A program made the position numbers and the translations under genes. Under the pieces are notes generated by a model. The model ran no database searches and was not told the origin of the DNA. It saw only the letters and a program-made list of their open reading frames with translations. Positions 32,157-40,595 of a DNA stretch of 64,000 nucleotides are shown in pieces; positions within the stretch are counted from its first letter, which is position 1, and every line of letters begins with the position of its first letter. Origin of the DNA: Planctomycetota bacterium (GTDB taxonomy: Bacteria > Planctomycetota > PLA2 > JAEUHO01); assembly GCA_965222115.1 (NCBI GenBank), contig CBDCTJ010000007.1:2944001-3008000 (forward strand). The letters are read 5' to 3'.

Positions 32157-33980
32157 CTAGCGAACGAACTTCACGATCACTTGTGGTGTGGCCACCTCGC
32201 TGTCCTCAACTCGGAACTCATGGCTGACAAATTCGAGCCCTGGCCCGTCTACAAAGAGCGTGTGAATTCCGGGTTTAGTCGGCTGAAAACCAAACACATC
32301 CAACTCGATCGGATCGCGGCTAATAGACTGATGCACATACATCGTACGTCTTAGGCCGCCAAGAAGCGGCCAATCGGCACTGTTGTAACGCACCCGTGCG
32401 CCGATGACTCGCTCTCCGTCCTCATTAAGTAACCTCGGCGAAAATCCGCACAATACTGGCCACGTGAAACTCAATGAGACTACTGACTCGGAGTCCCCAG
32501 ACGTTTGACTGACAGGAACATAATTCGATCCGCCTAAGCCGTCGATAAGCTGTACTCGAAGTTCATCGAAGAGTGGCACCTGCGAAAACACCCAGTGCCC
32601 CTCCATATCCTGAGTGCCATATACGATCCCCCCTCCTACTCCTCCTCGCGCACTGTATGCGAGTTGCGGCACTGCAGATCGCCGTAGCTCGGGATACCCA
32701 GGCCTAGCTGACTTTGTGCGCACACCTACAAACCTCTGCCCAATTGCGACAGGAACCATTATTTCGAATGGCCGAATGCTCGTACCCAATTCGGTCAACT
32801 TCACTGTTGGCACGATCGCCCTCACGGGCATGTATCCGGGAATTCGCGATAGAACCACGACTTTCTCAGCTGGAAGATCACTCATCGGAACGACGAGCTC
32901 ATAGACCCCCTTGCGGATCCCGGCGTCCGAGGGCAAGCGCTGCCACGTATCGGCAGCCCAAACGACTCTTGAGTGGAATAGATTTCGAACTATCCCTGCT
33001 TGCGGCACATGAACTTCCACTTGTGTCGGACGGATCGTAATGGGGAGTCCACTGTCCGCGTTCAGAAATTGAATTCGGATGCCGACACTCGGCATGAGTA
33101 CGAGATCCACAGAAGAGTCGCTTGACCAATTCGCGTCGAGAGTTCGCTCGCGCAGGTTGGCTGCTTTGCCGGGTTCCTTCAAAACAAGTTCACTGAGCAC
33201 TTGAGAATCAGCCTGTGCGGCGCTCTCATGCCACGCAGTAACCTCTACTGTTCGTGAACTAGCACTGTATGGCAAAGGAGCGCGCCAGTTTCCACTCTCG
33301 TCTGATCGAGCTATCGACGTGCAACCTTCGGTAGACCCCAGAGCGTTTAGGCTCTTTGACCTCGCGACGCCAAGAGTCCGAATCAACACTTTCGCATCAC
33401 TAATTCCATCTCCCTTTGGTGTCCGAACTGTGCCTCGAATCCAATCGGCTCTCATCAACGCAAGTTCATTACGGTTGTCTTCTGAATTTAGCTCAAAAAC
33501 ATGCTGCGCAAAACCGCGTACGCGGACTGTCACTCGCCATCGGGCACGCTCAAGAGCGTCTCGTCGAATGCGCAACTCGCCAGTGCCTGGATCCACGTCG
33601 AAAGGTATTGTGGCTTCGCTCCGACTGTGCGGATCGGCGAAGACCGCCTGCTCGCCACTTACGTTTGAGCCGCTTTGGCTATCAAATAGGCGAAACTGTA
33701 CATGCGAATTCCCGGAGTCCTCGTTGGTACGCCGATCAGGTTTGCCGGAGTTTGGCGAGTGTGGCGCAACCAGCAAATACGGATCGATTCGCGGTCTCGG
33801 CCGAACGGTGGCTTGCACATATGGATCGGGCGGCAGTGAGACGATCAAGATGTCATAAAAAATGCAGAGCGTGAGCGATACGCCAAGACAAAACGCACAA
33901 ACCGCGAACCTACGGGATCCGCGGAACCCCGGAAACCTACGCGCTGTCTTGGACTCTACGTCCATGGGGAATGGGGACAA
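32157..33980 (-). CDS. membrane-anchored beta-sandwich (carboxypeptidase-regulatory-like) protein
   Basis: One N-terminal TM, then IRGTVRTPKGDGISDAKV / LLNEDGERVIGARV Ig-like repeats; start may be ATG 33965. Confidence 0.6.
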   Translation of the reverse strand: MSPFPMDVESKTARRFPGFRGSRRFAVCAFCLGVSLTLCIFYDILIVSLPPDPYVQATVRPRPRIDPYLLVAPHSPNSGKPDRRTNEDSGNSHVQFRLFDSQSGSNVSGEQAVFADPHSRSEATIPFDVDPGTGELRIRRDALERARWRVTVRVRGFAQHVFELNSEDNRNELALMRADWIRGTVRTPKGDGISDAKVLIRTLGVARSKSLNALGSTEGCTSIARSDESGNWRAPLPYSASSRTVEVTAWHESAAQADSQVLSELVLKEPGKAANLRERTLDANWSSDSSVDLVLMPSVGIRIQFLNADSGLPITIRPTQVEVHVPQAGIVRNLFHSRVVWAADTWQRLPSDAGIRKGVYELVVPMSDLPAEKVVVLSRIPGYMPVRAIVPTVKLTELGTSIRPFEIMVPVAIGQRFVGVRTKSARPGYPELRRSAVPQLAYSARGGVGGGIVYGTQDMEGHWVFSQVPLFDELRVQLIDGLGGSNYVPVSQTSGDSESVVSLSFTWPVLCGFSPRLLNEDGERVIGARVRYNSADWPLLGGLRRTMYVHQSISRDPIELDVFGFQPTKPGIHTLFVDGPGLEFVSHEFRVEDSEVATPQVIVKFVR

Positions 33981-33993
33981 ACGCGCTCGTCCC

Positions 33994-34488
33994 CTACTGG
34001 CATCTACAACTCGATAGCTTGTGTCCGTTCTCGTTAAAAAGAATCGACTCCGTGCAGTTCAAGCTCGCGGGTGAACAAAGCCCCGAGCATCCCTGAAAGG
34101 TAACAACGGATGGATTTTGAGAGTGATCAACGATTATGATCATGTCGCACGCTATCTGCGGCTTCAGTGGCCCCGGCCCATCCGGATCAATAGTATCAAA
34201 CTGAGTGCTGCTTCCCCCGCTGGGCAAATTTGTACACCCACACGTTGAGACTGCAGTTGCACCACTTTGACTTCTGACGACCAGTTGGCACTCGGCACCA
34301 ACGGGTAGAAGAAGGGGACAATCCCCGAAACAGTGAACCGTGGTCGGCACCGGATTGCCCTGCGAATCTGGTTCCCACTGCCCGGTACCGGTACAGGCGC
34401 CCCCGCCTCCTGCCGCTAGTGCGTGGGCTCCGCCTATCACGATTGCTAACGCAGCCACAACTGATGCTAAGAATGACTTGTTTTTCAT
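33994..34488 (-). CDS. secreted cysteine-rich protein with two 6-Cys repeats
   Basis: Signal peptide (..GAHALA), AAGGA RBS, 12 Cys in two matching spacing patterns. Confidence 0.8.
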   Translation of the reverse strand: MKNKSFLASVVAALAIVIGGAHALAAGGGGACTGTGQWEPDSQGNPVPTTVHCFGDCPLLLPVGAECQLVVRSQSGATAVSTCGCTNLPSGGSSTQFDTIDPDGPGPLKPQIACDMIIIVDHSQNPSVVTFQGCSGLCSPASLNCTESILFNENGHKLSSCRCQ

Positions 34489-34982
34489 GCTGTCATCCTT
34501 TCTCTGTGGGCTATCATGATATCATAGCATAGGGACTTGCCGATTCAACCTAAATACGCAGCCGCATATTTTGTTCGAGCATCCTGCTCTTCGTGTGGGT
34601 CACGGCTGTATCGGACTGGTTCCGACGCGGTCACTACACGCTAACAACATGAAGAATAGCGCCTTTGAACGGCTCAGTATCTGGGTTTGCACGACCCCAC
34701 TAGCTTGGACAGCCCAATCTAGCCAACATCATTATCTTATCTTACCGCCCGCACCATTTTAGGGGCGGCAGGACACTAAATCGCCAGATTCCGGCCCACA
34801 CAAGGAGCAGTAGAGCCGTAATTTTCCCACCAAGTAGGTGACTTGGGACTCTGACGTGCCCCCAATAGCGCTGTCAATGCAGAAACGGAAGCGCAACCTC
34901 GCCTGCGTAATTCATTAGTCAAGACGCTTGACTACGGACGCAGACGATTGCGCAGTTCCGCCGCCCATGGTATGGCCGCACG

Positions 34983-34988
34983 TGTCAA
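34983..34988 (-). promoter_or_regulatory. outward-facing -35 box (TTGACA) of the IS circle-junction promoter
   Basis: On circularisation TTGACA-17 nt-CAAGAT is formed across the junction, as expected for IS110/IS1111. Confidence 0.6.
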
Positions 34989-35043
34989 GTTGCGCGTGGA
35001 GTGGTTGGTTGAGTTCTCGGATCAGGGCGCTTTCGGGTTGGTC

Positions 35044-35211
35044 GAGAGGAAGGGAGGCTGAACGACGCTAGCCTGGTATTCGTGGATTGGGTACCACAGG
35101 GAAAGTGTTCGTCGGGAGATGCCTCGATCTACAGCCGTGGATTCAGATGCCGTGCATCCTGCCACATAAGGGCGACGAGGATGTTCTCCAGTCGCGCACT
35201 CCCTTCCTCTC
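35044..35211 (-). ncRNA. putative bridge RNA / seekRNA of the IS1111-type element
   Basis: Perfect 13-bp closing stem GAGAGGAAGGGAG/CTCCCTTCCTCTC enclosing two internal-loop hairpins with segments matching target and donor junctions. Confidence 0.75.
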
Positions 35212-35246
35212 AAAACTTCTTTGTCTTTTCTTTGGATCCTCTCGTG

Positions 35247-36359
35247 TTATGCGGTTCGCTTGTGACAGTAGCTCGTGTTGTCTTGCAGTACCGCCCACAT
35301 GAATCCCACGAGTTCGCGCGCTACCGCCGTCACTGCTTTCTGACTCGGCATTCGTGCGTGGAGCCGGTGAAAGCGTCTATTGAGACGATGTTGCGCACGC
35401 CACGCGTGCGCAACAACCAAGGGGTCCTGGCCGGCTTGCCGGCGTTTCAAGCCAACACCTACGGCAGGTCGATGTCGGTATTGCCAAGCAGCTTGAACCA
35501 AGATCCGCCGTACGGTTGAGTTTCCTGCCTTGGTTATGCCGCCTCGTCGGCGACGGGGCCCACTGGAATACTCCGATACCGACAGGCCGAGGTAGTCCAT
35601 CAGTGCTCTTGGGCTCGAGAATCGTTTCACATCGATCACTTCTACGAGAAATGTCATAGCCGTAAGTGTCTTTACGCCGCGGAAACACGTGAGCCGACCT
35701 ACGGCTTCTCGGTATCGATCACTCTCGGCAACTCGCTCGATCCTGTTTTCAATCTCACTGAACTGCGAGAATTTGATCTGAAGCAGCGCGATGTGGTTGT
35801 TCAAGACGAACTGATCGTGGTGTTCAAGCTCTATGCCACGAAGCCACATCCAGAATGCGGCAGTCCAGTTCCTTTTCAATCCATACTTGAGTCCATGCCG
35901 ATCGAGCAGCTTCAAAATCATCTGTTTGGACCGATGGATCTCCCGTCGAAATTGTTCACGACAACGAACCAGATTGCGGACACTTTCTTCTTCTTCGGTA
36001 GGAATGTGAATCGCCGTAAGGAGTCCCGCGCGGAGGTCAAATGCCAACCTTTCTGCATCTCGTCGATCGGTCTTCACTCGATCTCCGGGACGCTTCGGTG
36101 CAAGCGATGGCGCAATCACAACACATTGGTGGCCCCACGATTGCATGAGCCGATGCAGCACATATCCGGAACCACTAGCTTCGTAGCAGGAGATAATCGG
36201 ACCGCGTTTCGCAATCTGAGCAATAGCACGTCGCAATGGCGCGTGCTCATTGGGAACGCGGATGACGCCTTCACACGAACCCGAATCCTCCGGAAGAATC
36301 GCAATCACCGCCTCTCTCTTATGAAGGTCGATTCCTAAGAATTGAGTAGTCTGGCTCAT
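35247..36359 (-). CDS. IS110 family DEDD recombinase/transposase
   Basis: GIDLHK, YEASG, KTDRRDA (DEDD); C-terminal Tnp20 with YSSG serine, GITKAGN, AVARELV. Confidence 0.95.
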   Translation of the reverse strand: MSQTTQFLGIDLHKREAVIAILPEDSGSCEGVIRVPNEHAPLRRAIAQIAKRGPIISCYEASGSGYVLHRLMQSWGHQCVVIAPSLAPKRPGDRVKTDRRDAERLAFDLRAGLLTAIHIPTEEEESVRNLVRCREQFRREIHRSKQMILKLLDRHGLKYGLKRNWTAAFWMWLRGIELEHHDQFVLNNHIALLQIKFSQFSEIENRIERVAESDRYREAVGRLTCFRGVKTLTAMTFLVEVIDVKRFSSPRALMDYLGLSVSEYSSGPRRRRGGITKAGNSTVRRILVQAAWQYRHRPAVGVGLKRRQAGQDPLVVAHAWRAQHRLNRRFHRLHARMPSQKAVTAVARELVGFMWAVLQDNTSYCHKRTA

Positions 36360-36499
36360 GGCTGGGCTCCTGTTGACGGACAAGTTCGATACTTGTTTTC
36401 GGGATAGGGTTCGACAATTCTTGCCGAATCAACCCCAGATGCCAAGGAGCTCAGCCTTTACCTCTCCAGCTGCGCTACTAGGGCACGGCCATCTTGTCT

Positions 36500-36597
36500 A
36501 CAGGGCGGTTTCGAATCGTGGGGATCTATTCCTAGGGCTGCGCAGCGCTTCGCGCTGCTGACCCTAGGCTATTGGCCCATGGCTCCTAAGAGGCCGT
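36500..36597. repeat. REP-like palindromic element (IS target)
   Basis: cctaggg..cagcgc-ttc-gcgctg..ccctagg long hairpin plus short terminal palindromes; a degenerate relative lies at about 36987-37047. Confidence 0.55.
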
Positions 36598-36828
36598 TGA
36601 CGGTGTTGTGGAACGTGAACGGCGATGGCGTTGGCAAGTTGCCAATCTGGAATTCGCGCACGACCTACGTTAGCGTTCGAATGATTCATCTTCGTACTCA
36701 TACGCGAGCAGGAGAGTACCTCCTGAACTCTCGATTTGTTCGTTGAACAACCGCGGAACCGTTGGGTGCGGAAACCGTGTGGATGACCGGGGCACGATTT
36801 CGCCATTACCCGATCTACGCGTCTGTTG

Positions 36829-36943
36829 ATTTGGTCCTTCGATGCGCACGTCGCGAATCAGAGATTCGCTTATGCTTACTCAGGATCTGCGATTTCGTTG
36901 GGTCTTCTACCCAAGAAATCCCCGACACGCGCGTCGAGGTGTT
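36829..36943 (-). ncRNA. unidentified structured element, copy B
   Basis: Ungapped 87/115 match to 30901-31015 with covarying stems. Confidence 0.65.
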
Positions 36944-37133
36944 CACGAATAAGAAGTTCGGGTCCTCATGTCTGAATTTGTCACTTGCGCTCCTTCAGAG
37001 CGCTTCCATTGGGGACGCAAACTCTACCAGGGTTCGGAAGCCTCACTCATGAAGATTGGAAGCGAGCTATCATCGTTGGCACCTTCGGAGCCACGTCCTT
37101 TCGATTGTCTTTAGGAATGCGGCATCCAACTTT

Positions 37134-37472
37134 CAGGCCGCGCTTGGTGGTCTTGGCGCCCTTGGTGAGATCTCTTCTCCTCTCTCGGGCGGCGCACCGA
37201 AACCGATCGCACACACACCGCCTTGCCACGCGCCGCCTCGCTTGCGCTTCGTGACTAAGCTTCTTCGTGTGCCCATTCTTGAGACGACGTGCTTGCGACC
37301 CATTCCACATTTACACGACTCGCGTCCACCAACGCTTGCGCTCTGCAACTCTGCGCCTCTGCGCGCGGCTCTTCTTCTCATCCCGCCAATGGGTCCCACC
37401 GATGCCAGCAAATGTCGCGTCCTCAGGCTGCGCTTGGTGACCTTCGTGTCCTTGGTGAGAGCTTCTTCTTCC
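37134..37472. repeat. two direct copies (290 bp apart) of a ~45-bp unit with internal 9-bp periodicity
   Basis: caggccgcg-cttggtggt-cttggcgcc-cttggtgag at 37134 and caggctgcg-cttggtgac-cttcgtgtc-cttggtgag at 37424. Confidence 0.7.
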
Positions 37473-37482
37473 AGGAGGCGCC

Positions 37483-38457
37483 CTACGACCGAAGCGCTGC
37501 CAACGACTTCAAGAGACGACGACCCGTTGGCGTCTGAGCCATGGCTTTGGGCAGTTTTTCGATCCGGCGCTGCGCTTCGTCGATGAAACCGAGGTCGAGC
37601 ACAATCACAGCACCCAGCAACCGATCCGCGTCGTCACCTGATGAATCGAGCTTCGACAACAGAGCCGCCAAGCGTGCCTGCTCCTCGATCGAGGCCACTT
37701 CAAAGGCGGCACTCGCTTCTTGGACGGCGCCACCGGTGCGTGTTTCGAGATGCCACAGGTATCGATGCCCAGGCGTCAAACTAGGTGCGTCGTCGGGCCA
37801 CGCCCATGGGCTGGAAATCGAAGTGCCCTTGAAGATAAGTTTTGCCGACGCCTCGTCCTCGATCCGAATTGAGGTTTCGTCCGCATGGTCGGGAACATCG
37901 AAATGAAACGTAGGCCCGCTTGAGGCTAGGTAGCGTCCTTTGGGAGCACGCAGCACGAGCCCATCGCGGTACACGCCGTTTCCGGGGGTCGTGGGTGGCT
38001 CATCCGCCAAATGGGGCAACGCACCCAACCACACAGCGTCTTTGCGAAGCTCCGCTGCCCGCGCAACCAACTGAGTTCGCATGGATTCCTTCGTGGCACC
38101 GCCCGAGTCCCCTTGGATTTGCCAGAGTCCAAACGCAAGCAATGCCGCGGCGGCCATAGCGAGCATGGGCAGGAAAAACTTACGTCCCGTCTCGGGTTGA
38201 GGTTGCTCTTCGTTCACGCCGGTCGAGTGCAACGCGCCGCGTTCGGCGCGCACAGCATGCCAAACGTGTCGAAGATCTTCGTCGGTGGCCAGGCGTCGCT
38301 CAAATTCTTCACGCTGATCATTCGATAGCGTGCCCGCGACGTAGGCAGCCACCGTATCCGCCACCGCATGCGCGTCGTGAGGCCTACTTTCCACGTCGAC
38401 GGCCAGCGGCACGCCGCGAACAAGCGCGCTTACCAACGCTTCGTCTTCTCGATTCAC
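37483..38457 (-). CDS. putative membrane anti-sigma factor with DUF928-like extracytoplasmic domain
   Basis: zf-HC2-like N-terminus without Cys (VAAYVAGTLSNDQREEFERRLATD), single TM, C-terminal PTFHF..WPDDAPSLTPGHRYLWHL; GTGA overlap with sigma gene. Confidence 0.7.
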   Translation of the reverse strand: MNREDEALVSALVRGVPLAVDVESRPHDAHAVADTVAAYVAGTLSNDQREEFERRLATDEDLRHVWHAVRAERGALHSTGVNEEQPQPETGRKFFLPMLAMAAAALLAFGLWQIQGDSGGATKESMRTQLVARAAELRKDAVWLGALPHLADEPPTTPGNGVYRDGLVLRAPKGRYLASSGPTFHFDVPDHADETSIRIEDEASAKLIFKGTSISSPWAWPDDAPSLTPGHRYLWHLETRTGGAVQEASAAFEVASIEEQARLAALLSKLDSSGDDADRLLGAVIVLDLGFIDEAQRRIEKLPKAMAQTPTGRRLLKSLAALRS

Positions 38458-39353
38458 GACTCTCCCTCCACCCGCTGCTCTTCCAGCTCCGTTTTGACTG
38501 CGTCGCAGACCAAGGCCCACATCCCTGCGTCGTCTTCGGGACGCTCCTGCATGCGACGTCGAAGACCCTTGGCAAGTTTGCTGACCGCTTGCTCAAGGAG
38601 GCGGCTTACGCGCGGCGCCCCCACGTCCAAGATGGTGGCAATGTCTTTTTGAGCCACGCCATCCCGATACTTCAAGACGAGCGCAAAGTGTTCGCGACTC
38701 GTCAATGCTTCAAGTGATTCCGACAGCGCTTGCCGAATGCGTTCGGCGGTCTCTTTGCCCACCGCGGCTTCCAAGGGGCCGTGTGTCACAGTCTGCTCGC
38801 CAGGTCGCGCGCGGACACTTCGTTCGGCTCGTGCGTGTTCGCGGTGGTCGCGCCGAACATCGTCGATGCGTCGGCGCAGGACGAGCGTTAGCAAGTATAC
38901 GAACAGTGCGCCGCGGCCGGTGTAGCGCCCAATGCGAAGTCGATCGCCGTCGTAGTGAGACGGCATGCTCAGATCGGAGAACGTCTCATCCGTTGCGTCC
39001 GCCGCCTGCGCAGCGCTCATGCCCTTGCGCATGGCAACGTTCTTGAGTCGGGTACGAAATGCATCACGCAACTTCGTCCACGCCGACTCCCTGCCCGCGT
39101 CGCATGCGCTGGTGAGATAGAGATCGGCGCCTACGATCGCGGCCAACGTCGACAGCCATTCGTCTTGCGATCCATCAAACCAACGACGCGTTACACGGAT
39201 TGCACGTTGATTGAAGTCCTTGCGTGGGTAGGCGTGATCGCCATACGTCGTAACGCCTCGTTCGAAGTGCGCACGCAGAACAGACGACTCGGAGAAGGGA
39301 CGACGCAACGCGCCCCCACCGTTCTCAGAAGATGGAACTTGATAAGCCGCCAT
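38454..39353 (-). CDS. ECF sigma-70 family factor with N-terminal extension
   Basis: ADLYLTSAC N-terminal motif, region 2 (AADATDETF..YTGRGALFVYL), region 4 (LTSREHFALVLKYRDGVAQKDIATILDVGAPRVSRLL). Confidence 0.85.
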   Translation of the reverse strand: MAAYQVPSSENGGGALRRPFSESSVLRAHFERGVTTYGDHAYPRKDFNQRAIRVTRRWFDGSQDEWLSTLAAIVGADLYLTSACDAGRESAWTKLRDAFRTRLKNVAMRKGMSAAQAADATDETFSDLSMPSHYDGDRLRIGRYTGRGALFVYLLTLVLRRRIDDVRRDHREHARAERSVRARPGEQTVTHGPLEAAVGKETAERIRQALSESLEALTSREHFALVLKYRDGVAQKDIATILDVGAPRVSRLLEQAVSKLAKGLRRRMQERPEDDAGMWALVCDAVKTELEEQRVEGES

Positions 39354-39497
39354 ACCGCGAGCTTACCAGCGAAGCGATGCACGATCATCCGCGAGGTCTC
39401 CGCAAGTGCTTTCGGACGACCCTCGATTTTTAGTGGCAACTTTTCAAAATCAGCTACGACGAGCTCCTTCGCGCCGTTTGGACGCGGTTCGTCTCGT

Positions 39498-39923
39498 CTA
39501 TTCGTCGATCGTGATTCCCATAGAACGGGCGGTGCCCATGATGATGTTGGCGGCTGCGTCCTTGTTGAACGCATTGAGATCAGCCATCTTCTTCTCCGCG
39601 ATTTCATCGACTTGAGCGCGGGTGACCGAACCAACCTTCAGCGTGTTGGGGGTGGGGCTGCCCTTGTCGAGGCCGGCCGCCTTACGCAGAAGGACGGCAG
39701 CGGGCGGGCTCTTGAGCTCAAAGTCAAACGAACGGTCGGTGTAGACGGTGAGGATGACCGGGATGGTAGTGCCCATGTCTTGACGGGTGGCGTCGTTGAA
39801 GCGCTTGACGAATTCGCCAATGTTGACGCCGTGCTGACCCAGCGCAGGACCTACGGGTGGCGCGGGCGTCGCCTGGCCACCGGGACACTGAAGCTTGATC
39901 TTTGCCTTGAACTCTTTTGCCAT
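39498..39923 (-). CDS. rplK: 50S ribosomal protein L11
   Basis: [26 protein letters not shown]. Confidence 0.98.
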   Translation of the reverse strand: MAKEFKAKIKLQCPGGQATPAPPVGPALGQHGVNIGEFVKRFNDATRQDMGTTIPVILTVYTDRSFDFELKSPPAAVLLRKAAGLDKGSPTPNTLKVGSVTRAQVDEIAEKKMADLNAFNKDAAANIIMGTARSMGITIDE

Positions 39924-40001
39924 CGTTCGTCTCGTTTCTCTCTAGCGCCGCCTCGACGCGCAGGCACCGGCGATGGGCGCCCAACGATCGATTCGCGTCA
40001 A

Positions 40002-40541
40002 CTACATTTCGTCGACTTGCCAATACTCCAACTCGACGGGCGTGGCGCGACCGAAAATCGTCACGGTGACGCGAACAATGCCCTTCGCGGGAATGACTTC
40101 GTCTACTACGCCTTCGAAGGACTCAAGCGGCCCCTCTTTGATCTTCACTTTGTCGCCAACCTTGAGCTTGATCTTGACCTGCGGCGTCTTGTCCTCGGCC
40201 TTCTCCATCGACTTGAGCAGGCGTTCGACTTCTTCGGGCTCGATGGGCTGGAGACCTACGAAGTCCCCCACACCGGACGTTTCGCGCACCAAGAACCACA
40301 CCTCGCGTGGCACGCTGCCATCCTTGTTCTCTTCGATCTCAAGCAGCACGTAGCCGGGATAGAGCTTGGTTTTGCGTGTGCGCTTCTTGCCCGACTTAAG
40401 TTCGGTCACGACTTCCATCGGGACGAGCACGCGGGGCACAACGTTCTCAAGCCCCGCCAATTTGAGGCGACGGGTGAGCGACGTCTGAACCGTATTCTCA
40501 CGGCCACTCTGCACACGGACGACATACCAGCGCCTGGCCAA
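40002..40541 (-). CDS. nusG: transcription factor NusG
   Basis: WYVVRVQSGRE..YPGYVL..KOW GDKVKIKEGP..IFGRATPVELEY. Confidence 0.98.
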   Translation of the reverse strand: MARRWYVVRVQSGRENTVQTSLTRRLKLAGLENVVPRVLVPMEVVTELKSGKKRTRKTKLYPGYVLLEIEENKDGSVPREVWFLVRETSGVGDFVGLQPIEPEEVERLLKSMEKAEDKTPQVKIKLKVGDKVKIKEGPLESFEGVVDEVIPAKGIVRVTVTIFGRATPVELEYWQVDEM

Positions 40542-40595
40542 ATCTAGTCTCCAAGAACGAATCGACGCGCGCAGTGCGCGCGACGCATACGTTCC

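Larger units (their letters stand above)
34969..36499 (-). mobile_element. IS110 superfamily element, IS1111-type
   Basis: Sub-terminal inverted repeats ATGGCCG (34972-34978) / CGGCCAT (36486-36492) set 3 and 7 nt from the ends, long 3' non-coding region, no target duplication, flanks rejoin into ccgccc-ataca-gggcgg. Confidence 0.85.

Noticed and set aside
36564-36806. 80-aa ORF downstream of element B
   Set aside because: Runs into the REP-like palindrome and has no recognisable features; a short peptide cannot be fully excluded
30901-36943. Integron attC sites, CRISPR repeats or hammerhead ribozyme as identity of the paired element
   Set aside because: No RYYYAAC/GTTRRRY boxes or integrase, only two long copies 5.9 kb apart, and CUGAGUA does not fit CUGANGA..GAAA
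37010-37050. GGGACGCAAA resembling a c-di-GMP-I riboswitch
   Set aside because: Upstream GGCAAAC/GAAA stem is absent; better explained as a decayed REP-like element
37047-37586. Several 80-176-aa ORFs between element B and the anti-sigma gene
   Set aside because: Overlapping, compositionally odd and built from periodic repeats
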